From the NCBI GenBank assembly GCA_964106645.2, contig OZ067049.1: 64,000 bases of DNA; one strand, 5' to 3'. The notes below the pieces were generated by a model that was given only the letters and a program-made list of their open reading frames with translations, ran no database searches and had not been told where the DNA came from. The position numbers and the translations under genes are program-made. The DNA is from Podarcis pityusensis. Its lineage: Eukaryota. This document shows positions 1 to 60,748 of this stretch, piece after piece; positions within the stretch are counted from its first letter, which is position 1; each line of letters begins with the position of its first letter.

Positions 1-38
1 AAACTCCTTCAGTATCAGAGACGTGCAATTATCTAAAG

Positions 39-289
39 CAGGGGTCAGCAAACTTTTTCAGCAGGGGGCTGGTCCACTGTCCCTCAGACCTTGTGGGGGG
101 GGGTACTATATTTTTTTGGGGGGGGGAATGAATGAATTCCTATGCCCCACAAATAACCCACATATGCATTTTAAATAAAAGCACATTCTACTCATGTAAA
201 AACACGCTGATTCCCGGACCATCCGCGGGCCAGATTTAGAAGGCAATTGGGCCAGATCTGGCCCCCGGGCCTTAGTTTGCCTACCCATT
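39..289. mobile_element. Non-autonomous hAT (Charlie-like) MITE
   Basis: Termini CAGGGGTCAGCAAAC...GTTTGCCTACCCATT; 8-bp TSD ATCTAAAG at 31-38 and 290-297. Confidence 0.9.
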
Positions 290-297
290 ATCTAAAG

Positions 298-433
298 TGA
301 TGTTTCCCAAACTTGGGTTTCCAGCTGTTTTTTTAACTACAACTCCCATCATCCCTAGCTAGCAGGACCGGTGGTCAGGGATGATGGAAATTGTAGTCCA
401 AAAACAGCTGGAGACCCAAGTTCAGGAAACACT
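298..433. mobile_element. Short palindromic hAT-like MITE
   Basis: The whole element is an imperfect palindrome (tgtttcccaaacttggg...cccaagttcaggaaaca; actacaactcccatcatcc / ggatgatggaaattgtagt). Related degenerate copies lie near 1200, 13340, 20730 and 48930. Confidence 0.75.
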
Positions 434-721
434 AACTTAAAGTATCAAGTTTGATATGAAGACAGGAATAACAGTTCTTATCCTCTTATTCAATAACTAA
501 TAAGTGATATAAGATAAAGAAACCTTTGCCCAAATGTCTACAGAAAAGGTGGGAATCTTAAATTCACATGTACCATTCAGAATCTAGCAGCAAAACTTTC
601 CTTCCTCTTCAAAAGGCAGCATTCTTTCAACCACCCATCCAATTACAAAAAAAAATATTATCAAATACATTGTTATCAATGCTTTTATTTCAGGGATACT
701 CACTTATGATAATTGTATTTA

Positions 722-47840
<47,119 letters not shown>

Positions 47841-50730
47841 CTATAAACAAAACAAAAAAAGATGCAGATCATTAAATCTCAGTATACATATTGGGTGAGC
47901 AATGGCTTAAGCCATGCAAAGGCTTTAATCCAATATTTTCATCCCCCCACAACACTGCAACACTGAACAGAAATCTTGTCCTTCTATTTACAAAGTACGG
48001 GTCTTCCTCCCATTGCCATAAAATGCCTTTTTTAATCTATAAAGTAGCTGCTGTGAAGAGTGTGTTATCTCAAGCAAGCACAACCAGCCAGATGTGGCTG
48101 CAAAAGAGATACCATCCCATTCCTCGGTGCCACCAATGAAGAAAATTCATTGCTGACAGCCATGTAGAGCAATCTGTGAAGAAAACAGGGGTGAAAGCAA
48201 GAGTAGAGATGCTTGTGCCTTCCTGTTTTCTAGGGATTTCTCCTCCTCACATGTACACAGACACACCAGGGACTGTTCAAAGGGTGGGGGGGAACTAATG
48301 ATATGCCAACTCCCTTGGATTGAATCACTACTGGCTCACATAAATCGAATACTTCAGGTGGGGAGATCACATTCTTTGAAAGCTCCAGGTGCCCAGCAAT
48401 GTTTTGCTTTCTCACAGTCTCCTGGGAACAGTAGTGTGGTAGGGATGGAGTTTCAGAGCAAGGCAGCTCAGCTTAATGCACTCAGGTATTGCAAGGTCAG
48501 AAAATTTGTACTGCGAGCCTGCTATTTTTAAAAACACTAGAAAAAACAACAACCCCAAAACAAAAAGGCAGAGAGCAGTGCAGTAGAAAGCAGGGAAGTT
48601 CAGCTAAGCAAGGCAGTTCTTTTGTGGAAATGTATAAAGCTGATTGTAAGAGATGATACTGCTTAGCTTAGCCACTTTCAATGTCTGATGGAGCCAGATG
48701 GGAAAGGAAGGGCAGTTACAAATGCCCCAAGGGACTCCCACCCGCTTTATTAGGAATCTGGAACTGGCCCGACTGTCAATTTCAACATCTTTGGTCCATC
48801 AGAGCCAAGTGGCTGTTACAGGATTTCTTACAGAAAATGTATGTGGTATGATGACTTTCCATAGCAAGCACTGCTAGAGGAAATGGAGAAGGGAGAGTTG
48901 GTGGATACAATTAACGAAAGTCTCTAGAGCAGCAGCCTTCTCCAACTTTGGTGCCCTCAAGATGTCTTGGCTTACAACCATCAGTCCCAGCCAGAATGTC
49001 CGATGGTCAGGGATGATGGGAGTTGTAGTCTGAAGAGAACCAGGCTAAGGAAGGCTCCTGTGCAGAGGATTTGTACCAATCCCATTATTCCAACACAATC
49101 CGTCTTCTGTTGGTCAAAAGTATCATGAAAGTCAACTGTACAGCAGTCTCCGCTGATTTTAAAGACCATATCTTGGCAACCTGAAATTGACTTTTGTTTG
49201 AAGAGGCATTTGTGTTGTGTAAAATTAAACAAAACACACACACAGTAGCTGTTAAGGTACTGTTCAGAACCAGGAAACTGTTAATGCATGCCCTCCTCAG
49301 CAGTTCTGTTATCTCAGATGTTGCTATGAGAAAGTGAACACTTCCAAGCAGCAAAGAAATTGAACTAAAGATTTAAAGGCTGTTATGAATGGAGAGGCAG
49401 TAAATAAACAAGAATTCTGAAAAGATGGTTGTTTGCTCTCGCCTATAAAGATACCCAATTGTGACATGTTATAAAAAACAGAAAAACCTTCTGGATATAC
49501 TCTTATGCCGCTGTTATTAGGATGCGTATTTCTAAACACATGATGTTGCTGATCCTTGGCTCACTTAACCCAATACTGAATGCTCTGATCAGCAGCTGCT
49601 CTCTGGCATTATTTTGTAACAGGCTTGGATTGTTTTTCGTTTTGTGTGAGTCACCTTGGGAGAGTTTTTAAGGACCAACAGGTGAATATTAAAGTTATTA
49701 AAAAGGAACATCATGAAATGTCTCAGCAGAGGGTCTTTCCTACCCTTCTACCTAAAGTAATATTTAACTAGTTCTGCTATAGATAAACCACAGGAGCTTT
49801 TACGCGTATAGCATTTCCCCCACTACTGCTCTGTAGCCCCACGTTCCATCACAGTTTAAAAATATTATTTTCCATTTCACTTATGGAGGGCTGCTATAAG
49901 AGAGCAGGAAAGTGACAAGAGGAAGAAGAGATGAAAAAAGCCAGCAAAATTAGCACATGCAACAGGAAAGAGGAAGAGGAGACAGATGGTCAAGAGAACA
50001 GACCTGGTGAACACAAAAGAATACATTTGTGGGGGTCATTGTTAAGAAGCAGAGAGGGAGCGTGCAGTTAGGGTTCGGATCTTGAGCGAGAGCTGGGATA
50101 AGAAGAGAAGGGAAAGAGTCTGTATCTGTTTGTTTGGAGATACAGTTGTACCTTGGATCTTGAATGCCTTGCAAGTTGAACATTTTGGCTCCCGGACGCC
50201 GCAAAGCTTGCAGTCTATGTCCTGACAGATTCTAAGCTAGAGAACATTCATATTCTAAAGAATTTCCCTACATCCTTCTGTTGTGCCTGATGCTGTCTTG
50301 TCTCTTAGAAAATGAAATGCTAACTCTAACTAACAGATGACTATAGAAAGAACATTGTTTCTTCTAGCTAGAATAGCAATGATAATATTTAATGCCCTTT
50401 TCTATATGTTTGAAAAGACCTCGCCTCAGTCTGCTGGTCAAAATATCAGACAACAATACTCCTTTGCAGTCAGACACGATATCGGTGCACTGTTTCAGAC
50501 CACAATACAAACTAAGGATTAATCAGACTTGCCATTTCCCATCAGACTACATGGGAGTCAAGCTTTCTAGGTTGTGGGAAAGGTTAATGAACTGTGCAAT
50601 CCTATACAGTAAATGTCTACACAGGTCTAAGCTACTGAGTTCAGTGGGATTTACTCTGAGGAAACCGTGAACAGGATTAAAATCCGAACTCTCTTCCCCA
50701 ATGCTTCATTTCTTCCAAGTTCAATGCATT

Positions 50731-51021
50731 AAAGGTAAAGGTAAAGGTAAAGGTAAAGGTAAAGGACCCCTGACAGTTAAGTCCAGTTGTGAATGATTCT
50801 GGGGTTGCGGTGCTCATCTCGTTTTACTGGCTGAGGAAGTCGGTGTTTGTCCGCAGACAGATTTCCGGTCATGTGGCCAGCATGATGAAGCCGCTTCTGG
50901 CGAAACCAGAGCAGCGCATGGAAATGCCATTTACCTTCCGGCCAGAGCGGTACCTATTTATCTACTTGTACTAGGTTGGCAGGAGCTGGGACCGAGCAAC
51001 GGGAGCTCACCCCATCGTGGG
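50731..51021 (-). mobile_element. Sauria SINE (5'-truncated)
   Basis: (ACCTTT)5 tail and Sauria core. Confidence 0.9.
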
Positions 51022-52602
51022 AACAATGTTTTTACAGGCAGGTAAGTGTTTTCAGAGCACTTGAAGTTTTGGTGGAAACTGCAAATGATGAAAATGACAT
51101 TCCATTCAAAGGAAATATGATTTACTGCATTACAGCTCCTTAATGCGACTGCTGAGATGCATCTATCACAAGAGCTAATGGGCTAACATGTCGGCTGAAG
51201 AGAGGTCCAATAGCAACAGGCTGTGCCAAAACACTAATAATCAGACACACAGGAGCCAAGCCACACAGCTAGCAACATCATAGACATGCCAAAAAAATAA
51301 ATAAGAGGATGCAGTAAATGGTCAGCAAATGAGGTTTCTTCAGGAACACTACAGAGCTGTGTATAAGATAGTCTTCATATAGTTTCTCTCCACTTTCACT
51401 CTCCCTGTCCCACTCAAATGTGTGAATGGACAGGGAGTATGTCAGGGCTGAACCAAGGATAGTGGTCTCAAGTGAGCCAGGAGATAGGAACCAGGAACTG
51501 TGGGAAAAGCCAATAATCAGAACTGAAGAGTAAGTCTCTACGCAAAGGACGAACCACAAGCTGAGGTCAGCAAGCAAGTCAGAAGTCCGGATCAAAGAAT
51601 AACCAAGGATACAATACCACACCAGAGTTCAGGAAAACCTTGTTGCTTGAGCAACAAGCCCTACACCCATCTCTATCACTAGTGGCCTCAGGGGCTAGGG
51701 GTGTGGGGTTTGAAGGAGGGCTGAGGCACGGGCAGAAAGGGTTAGACCTCCTTGTCCACCCATACGCCAGCCTCAATTACAGAAGCGTGCTGGTTTTAAA
51801 ATGGATGATTTGTAATTTAATTTGGATTATCGATTGGCCAGGATTGCACACAGAAGTCGAGCAGTTTTGCATCCACACAGGTAGGCCCATGCAATGTGTC
51901 TTCCAACAAGGCTTTGGAGTTCAGCCTTTCCCCTTGCTTTTGATTTGTGCATAAATATTGCTGCAAGTCCAAATTTGCCGTTAATCACTCTTCTATTTCC
52001 CCATTAGCTTAGGCTTTCCTTTTCTGGCACTGCTCAGGATCTGACATGCAAAGCCCTTTCTCCCCGGGCTAAATATTTTCCATACCTTTTAAGCATTTGC
52101 TTACCATTTTTGTGCCAGCATTTCAAATGCGCAGTTATTCCATGTGCACTGTGTAAGGGCATGGGGCAAAGGAGTCTCTTTCCCTGCAACCCTTCCGTAA
52201 AGGTTTGCACTCTTCCACTAGCAGTGAAAACTGAGGTGCAGGCAAGCTATGGCTGGTGAATGTTAAGGAGTGTCAGTTACTTGTAGCAAAACTGAGCAGG
52301 GCCTGCTATTTCTCCATTAGGCTGATTCGTTGCAAAGAATACCAGGCATTTAAGGCAATTGCTGCAAACTTCACGTGATAACAGTTGTCTGCAGTTGCTT
52401 AATGGCTGTGAAGGCACATACAAAGCAGCAGGTGAAGAGTGTGTTGATGATTTGTAATGAAAGCTCTCTGGAGATGGGAAGCCACATAAGGAAGCAAGCA
52501 GCTAGGCAGTACAACCCCTACTGCAACTGGGAAATGTTGTATTTCCCTTTAAAAGATATAACACAGGGGGAGATACAGCATCTCCTGGCTCATTCTTCCA
52601 CT

Positions 52603-52979
52603 TTGTTGTTGTTGTTTAGTTGTTTAGTCGTGTCTGACTCTTCGTGACCCCATGGACCAGAGCACGCCAGGCACTCCTGTCTTCCACTGCCTCCCGCACT
52701 TTGGTTAAACTCATGCTGGTAACTTTGAGAAGACTGTCCAACCATCTCGTCCTCTGTTGTCCCCTTCTCCTTGTGCCCTCCATGTTTCCCAACATCAGGG
52801 TCTTTTCCAGGGAGTCTTCTCTTCTCATGAGGTAGCCAAAGTCTTGGAGCCTCATCAGCTTCAGGATCTGTCCTTCCAGTGAGCACTCAGGGCTGATTTC
52901 CTTAAGAATGGATAGGTTTGATCTTCTTGCAGTCCATGGGACTCTCAAGAGTCTCCTCCAGCACCATAATTCAAAAGCA
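52603..52979 (-). mobile_element. BovB (RTE) LINE 3' fragment
   Basis: Translates AFELWCWRRLLRVPWTARRSN...RRRGQQRTRWLD; (CAA)n tail; 9-bp TSD TCTTCCACT at 52594-52602 and 52980-52988. Confidence 0.93.
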
Positions 52980-53084
52980 TCTTCCACTACTCCCCCAATA
53001 AATGCATATATTGAAGGACGCATGAATATGACTGGCCCTATCGTATCTACACCGGCCCCAACAGATGGGAGGAATCTCAATTGC

Positions 53085-53490
53085 TATGCCATTCCAAAGC
53101 TGTTGTTGGCACCCATCTGTCTCGGGAGACAACGGTAGAGTGCACTTTCAGGGGTAACATCAAACTGTTGGAGAATTACAGCGCCTGCTGTGGCTGTAGA
53201 GACCGATATGGGAGAGATGTTTTGTTGTAGCTGGGGCAGGTGAAGGCATCTGGTTGTGCTGCTGCAGATGCACCATGGCGTTTCTTCTCTCTGCGCTCCT
53301 CCCAGCAGTCATTCCTCTCTGGTCACTGCTATGGATGCACAACCTGACTGCCTGTCTGCAGGCCCTGCGGTCATCTGCAAGCGATTCCCACAGGGCAGAG
53401 TTGACATTGCCAGCCTTCATGTCACATTTGGAGACATCTTTGTAACACAGAGCTGGGCTTTCGACAGGCCTAATGCCTGATGCAACACAC
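53085..53490 (-). mobile_element. RTE-clade LINE 3' fragment
   Basis: Translates LCYKDVSKCDMK...WESLADDRRACR...SHIGLYSHSRRC. Confidence 0.75.
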
Positions 53491-55777
53491 TTTTGTCTTG
53501 GCATGAGGATGTGCCATGTTGAACAGAGACCCCTGTCACTCCTTGAAGTACACACCATACACCAGGGCACTGTTATCATTATTACCTTGTGAACTGTAAA
53601 TATTTTAATCAGTCAGGGACATAAGCACTCTGACCCTGCACAGAACTGAGCTGTATAAAATCTTAGGCAAGTCATCTCTGTCCCCCACAACCCTCACCCC
53701 AATCTATAATATTTATTTATACTGAAAGGTATAGGCTGCTTTTTGTACTCAGAGGGCCCTTTAAAAAAAGAAAACAATGACGAACACAATAAAAAGGAAA
53801 TGGAGATTTGAGTTCTGGTTGTCAACAAATTTGGTTCTCTGCTATTGTGTTGTTTGGTTTTTTTATAATAGTTTTATATTTTTGTTTGTGTGTGTGTGGA
53901 TTTGGTATATTTTAGTATATTGCTATGCATCTTGGCAGGAACCTTTGGAAGAACACAAATTTAATCAATCAATCAATTAATATGAAAAATGTCAAATAAT
54001 ATCCATAAAAAGATCTGAGCAACAGAACAAAGCAGCAAAAGGGGCAGCAAAGATGTCGGCTTCACTAACTAGGACAACTAACCAATAGCGAGTGCCCATC
54101 GCAATAAGGCAATTCTCACCAGACCTCTGGAGACCAGCAGGATGAATCTCCTAGTGGAGGGAGTTCCACAGTTTGGAAGCTGCAATCATTATGGACCTGT
54201 CCTGCACTCCCACCAGTTGCACTTCTGATGAGACAGAGAGCAGAGCCTCTTCCAAAGACCAAAATGGGAAGGTGGAGTCATGTGGAAGGAAGTACTCCTT
54301 CTGGAGCAGGGTGAGGAGGGTAGGGGATGGTAATGCTAATAATATGGGGATCATAATACTGTGGTAAGAATTACTAATATAAAGGCCTTGAATGCTCGGA
54401 AGGCATAAATTCAAAGTGTTATTGTTGTTGCAATTAACGCAGCATTCAAGAAATCTTTCAAGACGGTGAACTCGGAACATTTGCAAGCTGCCCCTGCCCT
54501 AGGTAGCATATTTTCCTGCTGATCGGAAGGACCATTCTTCTTCAGCTTATTATTCAAACACATTAGCCAACAAAAAACAGCGAACACATTCAAGTAGTCC
54601 TTGAGCGAATACATCCTTGGCCCCTGCTAACGAAACAACAAGCGCTAAGACAACACAGCCCTGAAATGCTGACCTCCGACCCTGTCACTTACGCCATGAG
54701 CCTGTTGCAATGCCTAGGCACCCTGGGCTTTATTTACTTAGCACATCACCTGGTTTCTCATTCTCTTACAGAATACTTCACATTCCTCAATGGTGAGGCT
54801 TTAAAGGAACAAGGTTCTGGGCCCAGTCTGCACCCATGCAAGTGTGATCACCATTAACCTGGCTGTACTACCAGTGACATTAGTTACACTCAAACCCTTG
54901 CACACGTTGTGCAAAATGTAATATATACAAATTCTGGAGCCCAAATTCTGTGATGAGAAATGCTTGATTATTTGCCCCTTACAAACCTCACAAATCAGGT
55001 AAAGCTTCGGGAGTTTCTCCTCTACAGCTTTATTTACTTTGATTCTTTAGAACAACCACCATAACCACGAATCATGTAATTTGCAGGCAAAAGAAATGCC
55101 TTCATATTCAAACAATCCATAATCAACATGAGAATTTGCTGCCATAAGATGTGGTGGTATACAACTAAGTTTTACTCAAAATAGACCCAACAGGTGTTAC
55201 CTTGAGTTGAAGAAAGAGCCCTCTAATTATTTGGGTTTCTTCCCCCTTAATCATTCCACCCCTCGATTGTGTGGATCCAGTGAGAATAGGTTCCTGTCTC
55301 CAAATAAGATGCTAATAAACTTGGCCAACTACAACCAGGTCCTACACATGTTAACTCCAAAATAAAAACCATTGTGCTGAGTTACTTACTCCCAAGTAAC
55401 CATGCACAAATTTGCAGGGAAGGGGGTTGTGTTATATAGTGAAATGAGAAAAATATTCCACAATCTAGATCTTGGCGCGCTAAATCCCTCTGAAATCACT
55501 GAGGATTTGCAAAATAGCCTACATATGATGCATGCCATCCAGAACATGGAATACCAACACATGTAAAACTATTGTGCTATATGATTGGCAGGCACGCTGG
55601 ATATTTCTAAAAATGGGGGGTGGGGGGACCCATGCCAACACCAACAGCCAAGTTAGGGTATTTCTTGGAGTAGGCAAACCTCAGAGCAACTATGAATTTG
55701 TTTGTCTGTTTGTTACTATTTCTAAGATGCTCCAAAAGTAGCTTATGAAATAAACAAGATAACATCAAAACACAGTA

Positions 55778-56029
55778 CAGTCATACCTCGGGATAAATAC
55801 GCTTCAGGTTGAGCGCTTTCGGGTTACGCTCCGCGGTGACCTGGAAGTAACGGAGTGTGTTACTTCCGGGTTTCGCCGCTTGCGCATGCGCAGACGGTCA
55901 AAATGACGTCACGCGCATGCGCGGAAGCGGTGAAACACAACCCGCGCACGCGAAGTCACGTCTTACGTTCTGTTCAGGATGCGAACGGGGCTCCGGAATG
56001 GATCCCGTCCGAATCCCGAGGTTCCACTC
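55778..56029. mobile_element. Tigger/pogo-like MITE with CpG-rich palindromic interior
   Basis: Termini CAGTCATACCTCGGGAT / ATCCCGAGGTTCCACTC; TA flanks; internal GCGCATGCGC palindromes. Confidence 0.8.
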
Positions 56030-59000
56030 TAGTAAAATATCACATACAAACACAGGACCCAAATATTAAATGGGACAGTCTGAGTGATCAAGGAGCAGGT
56101 TATAGGGTGTACTGAAGCCAGCTTTATTTACTACCCTAAATTCTAAGCACAAAGTATAGGTTCTCTCTCTCCGCCCTCCCCCTTCATTATTGTAAATGGT
56201 GGGGGTCTGTTTTTTTGGCGAGAGCTTGTAAGGAACCACTGGGGGTTGCAGTGAGTCTTGATGGACTCCACATATAGATAACACAGTGGCACATTGCATC
56301 TCCCGAAGGGAGACTTGATAGTGAAGGCTGACACTCCTGCAATCAGAAGAGGATTCTCTTAATTCGTCACTCCACTTTCCCCCCGAAGAGTGTATGGCAA
56401 CCATTCATTTAATGGGGAGAAGGGGGGGGGGTAAAGGCATGTCCTGGAAACCTCCTGGGGTGAAATTTAAACTTCTTCCTCCCCTGCCCCTGGTTTTCCC
56501 AGGGATCCGAGCCCTTAAGAATCAAGCCCACTCTGGTCTGAACAGCTCTCGTCTCTGTGAAGAGGTCATAGCACAGGGACAGAGTAGATGTATTGATCTG
56601 ATGCAGCGTAAGGCAGCTACCTACCCACCTTCATCCAGTATCCCCATCCTAGGTTTCGTTTCTCGGCCACGCTCAAATGTGCAATAATCTTTGGAACTGA
56701 TATCACCGACCATTTCTCAGACTTTGATTGCTCAGGGCTTTTAGTCCTCATGGGATCCCACTGGCAGTGATAAGAGCCAAAGGTCATTTGCACAAAGGGA
56801 TGTCAGATTGAACCTTCGTAAAGAACAACTCTCTGAAAGGGTGCTGTGAATGGCTACCAGGAAAACAGCCTTCTTGGCAGCAGCACCCCATTTCTGCAAT
56901 GCCCTTTCCAGAGAGACTCGCCCGGCACCAACGTTGCTATTTTGTGTGTGTGTCCAGCACAGAGCTTTCAAAATTTTAATTTCTTGGGTTCTTTTGTTTT
57001 AAGCACTTTAATTTTGGAATAGCACCTGGTTTTATGCTGCATTATCGTCTGTTTTTATTATTTTGTATTTGATGGTGAAACTGTGTAGGCTGCCCAAACA
57101 AATTCTATCTGAAAGGTGGGATATAAATCTCTGTTAACAAAATAACAATGAAGTAATGTGCTTGGGAGTAAGACCAATTAAACTCGGTGGGACCCTATTT
57201 CAAATAAACCTGCATAGAATCAGGCTATTAAAACTATTTAGCTTTGGCAGGCTTGTGCAAAACCTCTGGACAAAGCAATACGGTATGTCTAGAAAGCTGA
57301 CTCCCAACCTGGGAATACAACTTGCTTTTATGCTCTGGGCTGCAGGGGTTGAACATGAAAATGCTAGTGCCTCTCAGAGGGCAAGCCATTGTGATAATAA
57401 AGCCTTGGTTTGTCATTCCTTCTCCTTTATGAGACTGGATTTTTTCAGCATATAGGCATTGCATCCTTGCCAGGAGAACAATTAACCCCCCCCCCCCCGC
57501 AAAGTAACCTACACCATTTAAAATTCTAAATGCATCCGAGTGCAGCCTCGTCCCATGGGGAGACAGCAGGGGTGTGAGGTGGGGGAAAGAGAGCTCCAGG
57601 CTTTCAGTCCTGCTCATCATCATTCTTATCCTGCTAACGTGGGAAATTAATCTCTTTATTAATGTATGTCGCAGTGTGGTTCCTTGGACACCTGCCAAAG
57701 CCCTCCTGGAGGAATGAGTGATGACTGCTTAGCTCCTGTTTGACAGAAAATAAACTGCTTGCGCCTCGCTTATGATCCCTTACTGTACTTAGTGAAATAA
57801 ATTTGTGCCGGTTATAGCAAAAGATCACATCTGCAGCTTGCACGTTTGAGCAATTTGCTCTCGGAATCAGATCTCACAGCTGCCCACTCACCTACCTCCC
57901 ATTGAAATGGACGCCCTCTCTGCACAAAGACCCTCTCTGTCATCTCTTGCTTTTCCCCACCCCTACAACCTGGTAATCGTACAGACAGGCATTGCACTTC
58001 TTACAAAAGGGATCTTGGTATCTCAGCCATTCACACTTCCTTGCATTTGGACTTCCTTTCTTTTTTTGCAGTGGAGTTAAAACTATTTCTTGCGTCATTC
58101 CTGCTGCAACCAGGCTCGTTTCCCTTGAAAGCCCCTTTAAAAGAAATTCTACTACTCCTCTGCTATTGGCTGCTTGCAGGGAGGCTGAGCAGGCAATTGT
58201 CTCTGGCTCTAGTTCCACTTGCCAGCATACGTGTTTGCCCTTGAGGCTGAGAACACTCGGATGAAACGCACCACAAGGCGGCTTTCCGAGTCTTGCTCTG
58301 AGGAGGCCGGCAGCTGTTGGTTCCTCTCAACACTCCTCTTGCACACAGCGGGAAGTGGCTGGCCAGAGACAAGACGGGCTGGCCTGTCAGCAGCGTCCAA
58401 TCCAACTCATGCCTGCACTTCCCACAGGCTTCGTGAAGCAGCATTCTTCTCCAGAAAACTCTTCCTTTCCCAATTCAGAGGCTTAGACCCCCAGTTGGTT
58501 GCACCACCACCACTTCCTTTGCTTCCCTACCCAAAAGCACTCTCTTCTCTGGCTAATGTAAGGATGTAAGAGGCTCCTGCTGAAGGAGATCAAAGGCCGA
58601 TTTAGTTCAGCACCTTGCTCCCCACAATGCCCTGGTTCCAAAGCCCAACAGCAACCAGAGACAGAGGCTGAGGGTCAAACAGAGAAAGCTTTGGAACTAA
58701 GCCCCACCACTGAACCTGAGGCATCCAAGCCTGAGGCCATCGGCTGTCTGCACGCCCCAGGAATGACAGCCCCCAATCCCATTCCACCAAGGAGCTGGTA
58801 TATTTCCCCAATGTACTCAGCTGAGCTAGCAGGGCAACAGAGACAGCATGCACAGCATGAGCTCCTGGGGAGATGATGGTCTGTGGGCTTGCAACCAGAG
58901 AGCTGCCCCTTTATTAGATGGAGCATGAGAGGTGCAGTAAGGCTCAGAGAGGACTCAGTGTGCCTTGGAACAAGTAGCCTGTTTTCACGGCTCTGTCCAG

Positions 59001-59629
59001 GGTCCTGAAACCACTGGTTTCTACCACTGTTTCCCTTTGTTTTCAGGAATCCTCCTCTTGAATGAGCGGTGCAAGTCTTCTCCTTTTGCCCCAGATTCGC
59101 ACACTCCTGACCCAACTGAAGGCTCTCTCTTACCAGGGTGGGATATTGAGATGCCTCAGGTAAGTACACAAGCAGTAGCACCTTTCACTGTTTCTTGCCA
59201 CTGAGCATGGAAGATCCACTTAGCTATTATGACTAGTAGCCATGGGTAGATTCCCCTGCACGTGAATTTGTCCAATCTGATCTAAGCCTGTGGCCATAAT
59301 CTCATTTTGTGGCAGCAGATTCCACAAAATGCTTATGTACTGCTTCCTTCCTTTTGTCTCCCCTGAGTCTGGTGCCAATCAAGATCAACAAAGGCTCTAG
59401 CACTATGAGATGGGGAAAACAACTTATCTCTGTCTACTCTGCTCACGCTGTGGGCTTATTTTCCCCAATGGTGCCTTTCAGACTGTCGCCAAATTCTTCC
59501 CAACAACTTACTCAATAAAATCATCTCTGCTTTGCTCTCTATTTTGGCCCCTGCTTCCCTCAGAAATGTACTCATATATTCTAGTGTGGCTTCAAGCATC
59601 ATGTTTGTGCAATTCTGTTGGTAGTTATC

Positions 59630-60748
59630 TGTCAGGGAGCTAGTGAGCAATAAATCTCATAGAGTAAGTGAAGTTAACTCATTACGGGCAGTGACCATTT
59701 TAGGCGTGACCACCAACACGTGGGCCCTTTTGGACCCTGAAGAGGGAGGAATGGGGGTGTAACAGGGCGGGGCAGGCTTATGCACACTCCGCCGATGCAT
59801 TGGGGGGTTGACAAACGGAAGCCCCATGCAAAATGGCCGCTGCCTGTAGTAGAAGGAACAAGGCCTGCTCAGGAGCACCAGGTCTAATGAGCACAGCAAC
59901 TCTTCTTGGTATGTCTTACTGTTAGTTTCTGTTTGTACCACTGTGCAGTTGCTTGGAGTCACAAGACTCTGTTTACATTCCAGAGATTCCATACTGTTGG
60001 AAGTCTCACGGAAAACAGGAGACGGAGGTGATGTTTACTGGTTTCCTGTTCCTTTGTTTTTCCAGTTGCTCTCTGCTTTCACAGAGAGAGGATGTTACTT
60101 TTCTGTCTGTGTAGTTATGAATAAAACTCTTTGGCGAAGTAGCTCATAAACTTCTCGTCCTTCCCTGCGTGCTGAATACTCTGCGTAATGGGAAACGTGC
60201 TTGGAGCCTTATCAAAGGCTCAGGTCGTTAATCATCATCGGAGGAGATTCAGAAGGCTCGACCGGAGTAGTAGTTTGGTCGAATGCAAGTCCGACACTTA
60301 CTCCTTTGAGGCAGTTGTGGAGATTGAAGGTCCCTGCCTTCCCACAACTGCCTAAGTCGTCTCCTCCCCAGGGTCCTTCCCAAGCAATCTGAGACTTGCC
60401 AGCTCCATGCCTGTATTTGCTCCTCCCTCTTCATACCAATGGGGAGGAGAGCTTGTCACAGCAGGCATGGGAGACACCCTAGCTTCTTCACCAGCCTGAT
60501 TCATCTCTGCCTCTTCACCTCCCTCTTCACCTGCTTCTGGACTTCTCTCTGCCACAGATTCTCCCTGCTCACTAAGCCCTGTTTCCCCTTCAACTCCTGA
60601 CACCTCCTCCTCCCAGTCTTCTCTCTCTTCTCCTTCTGACCGCTCATCATCGTCCCACCACCACTCCCCGGGCTCTGAGCCTTCTTCCCTTGGGATTTCT
60701 CTCCCTGGCGCCTCCCAGCATTCCTCTGCGTCTCGCCAGTCCATTACA
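59630..60748. mobile_element. Solo LTR-like element (1119 bp)
   Basis: TG...CA termini; 5-bp TSD TTATC at 59625-59629 and 60749-60753. Confidence 0.8.

Noticed and set aside
51440-51800. Possible third LTR fragment starting TGTCAGGG
   Set aside because: No matching CA terminus or TSD could be identified.
57940-58569. Overlapping 90-116 aa ORFs with Cys clusters
   Set aside because: No recognisable domain and no convincing splice/phase support.
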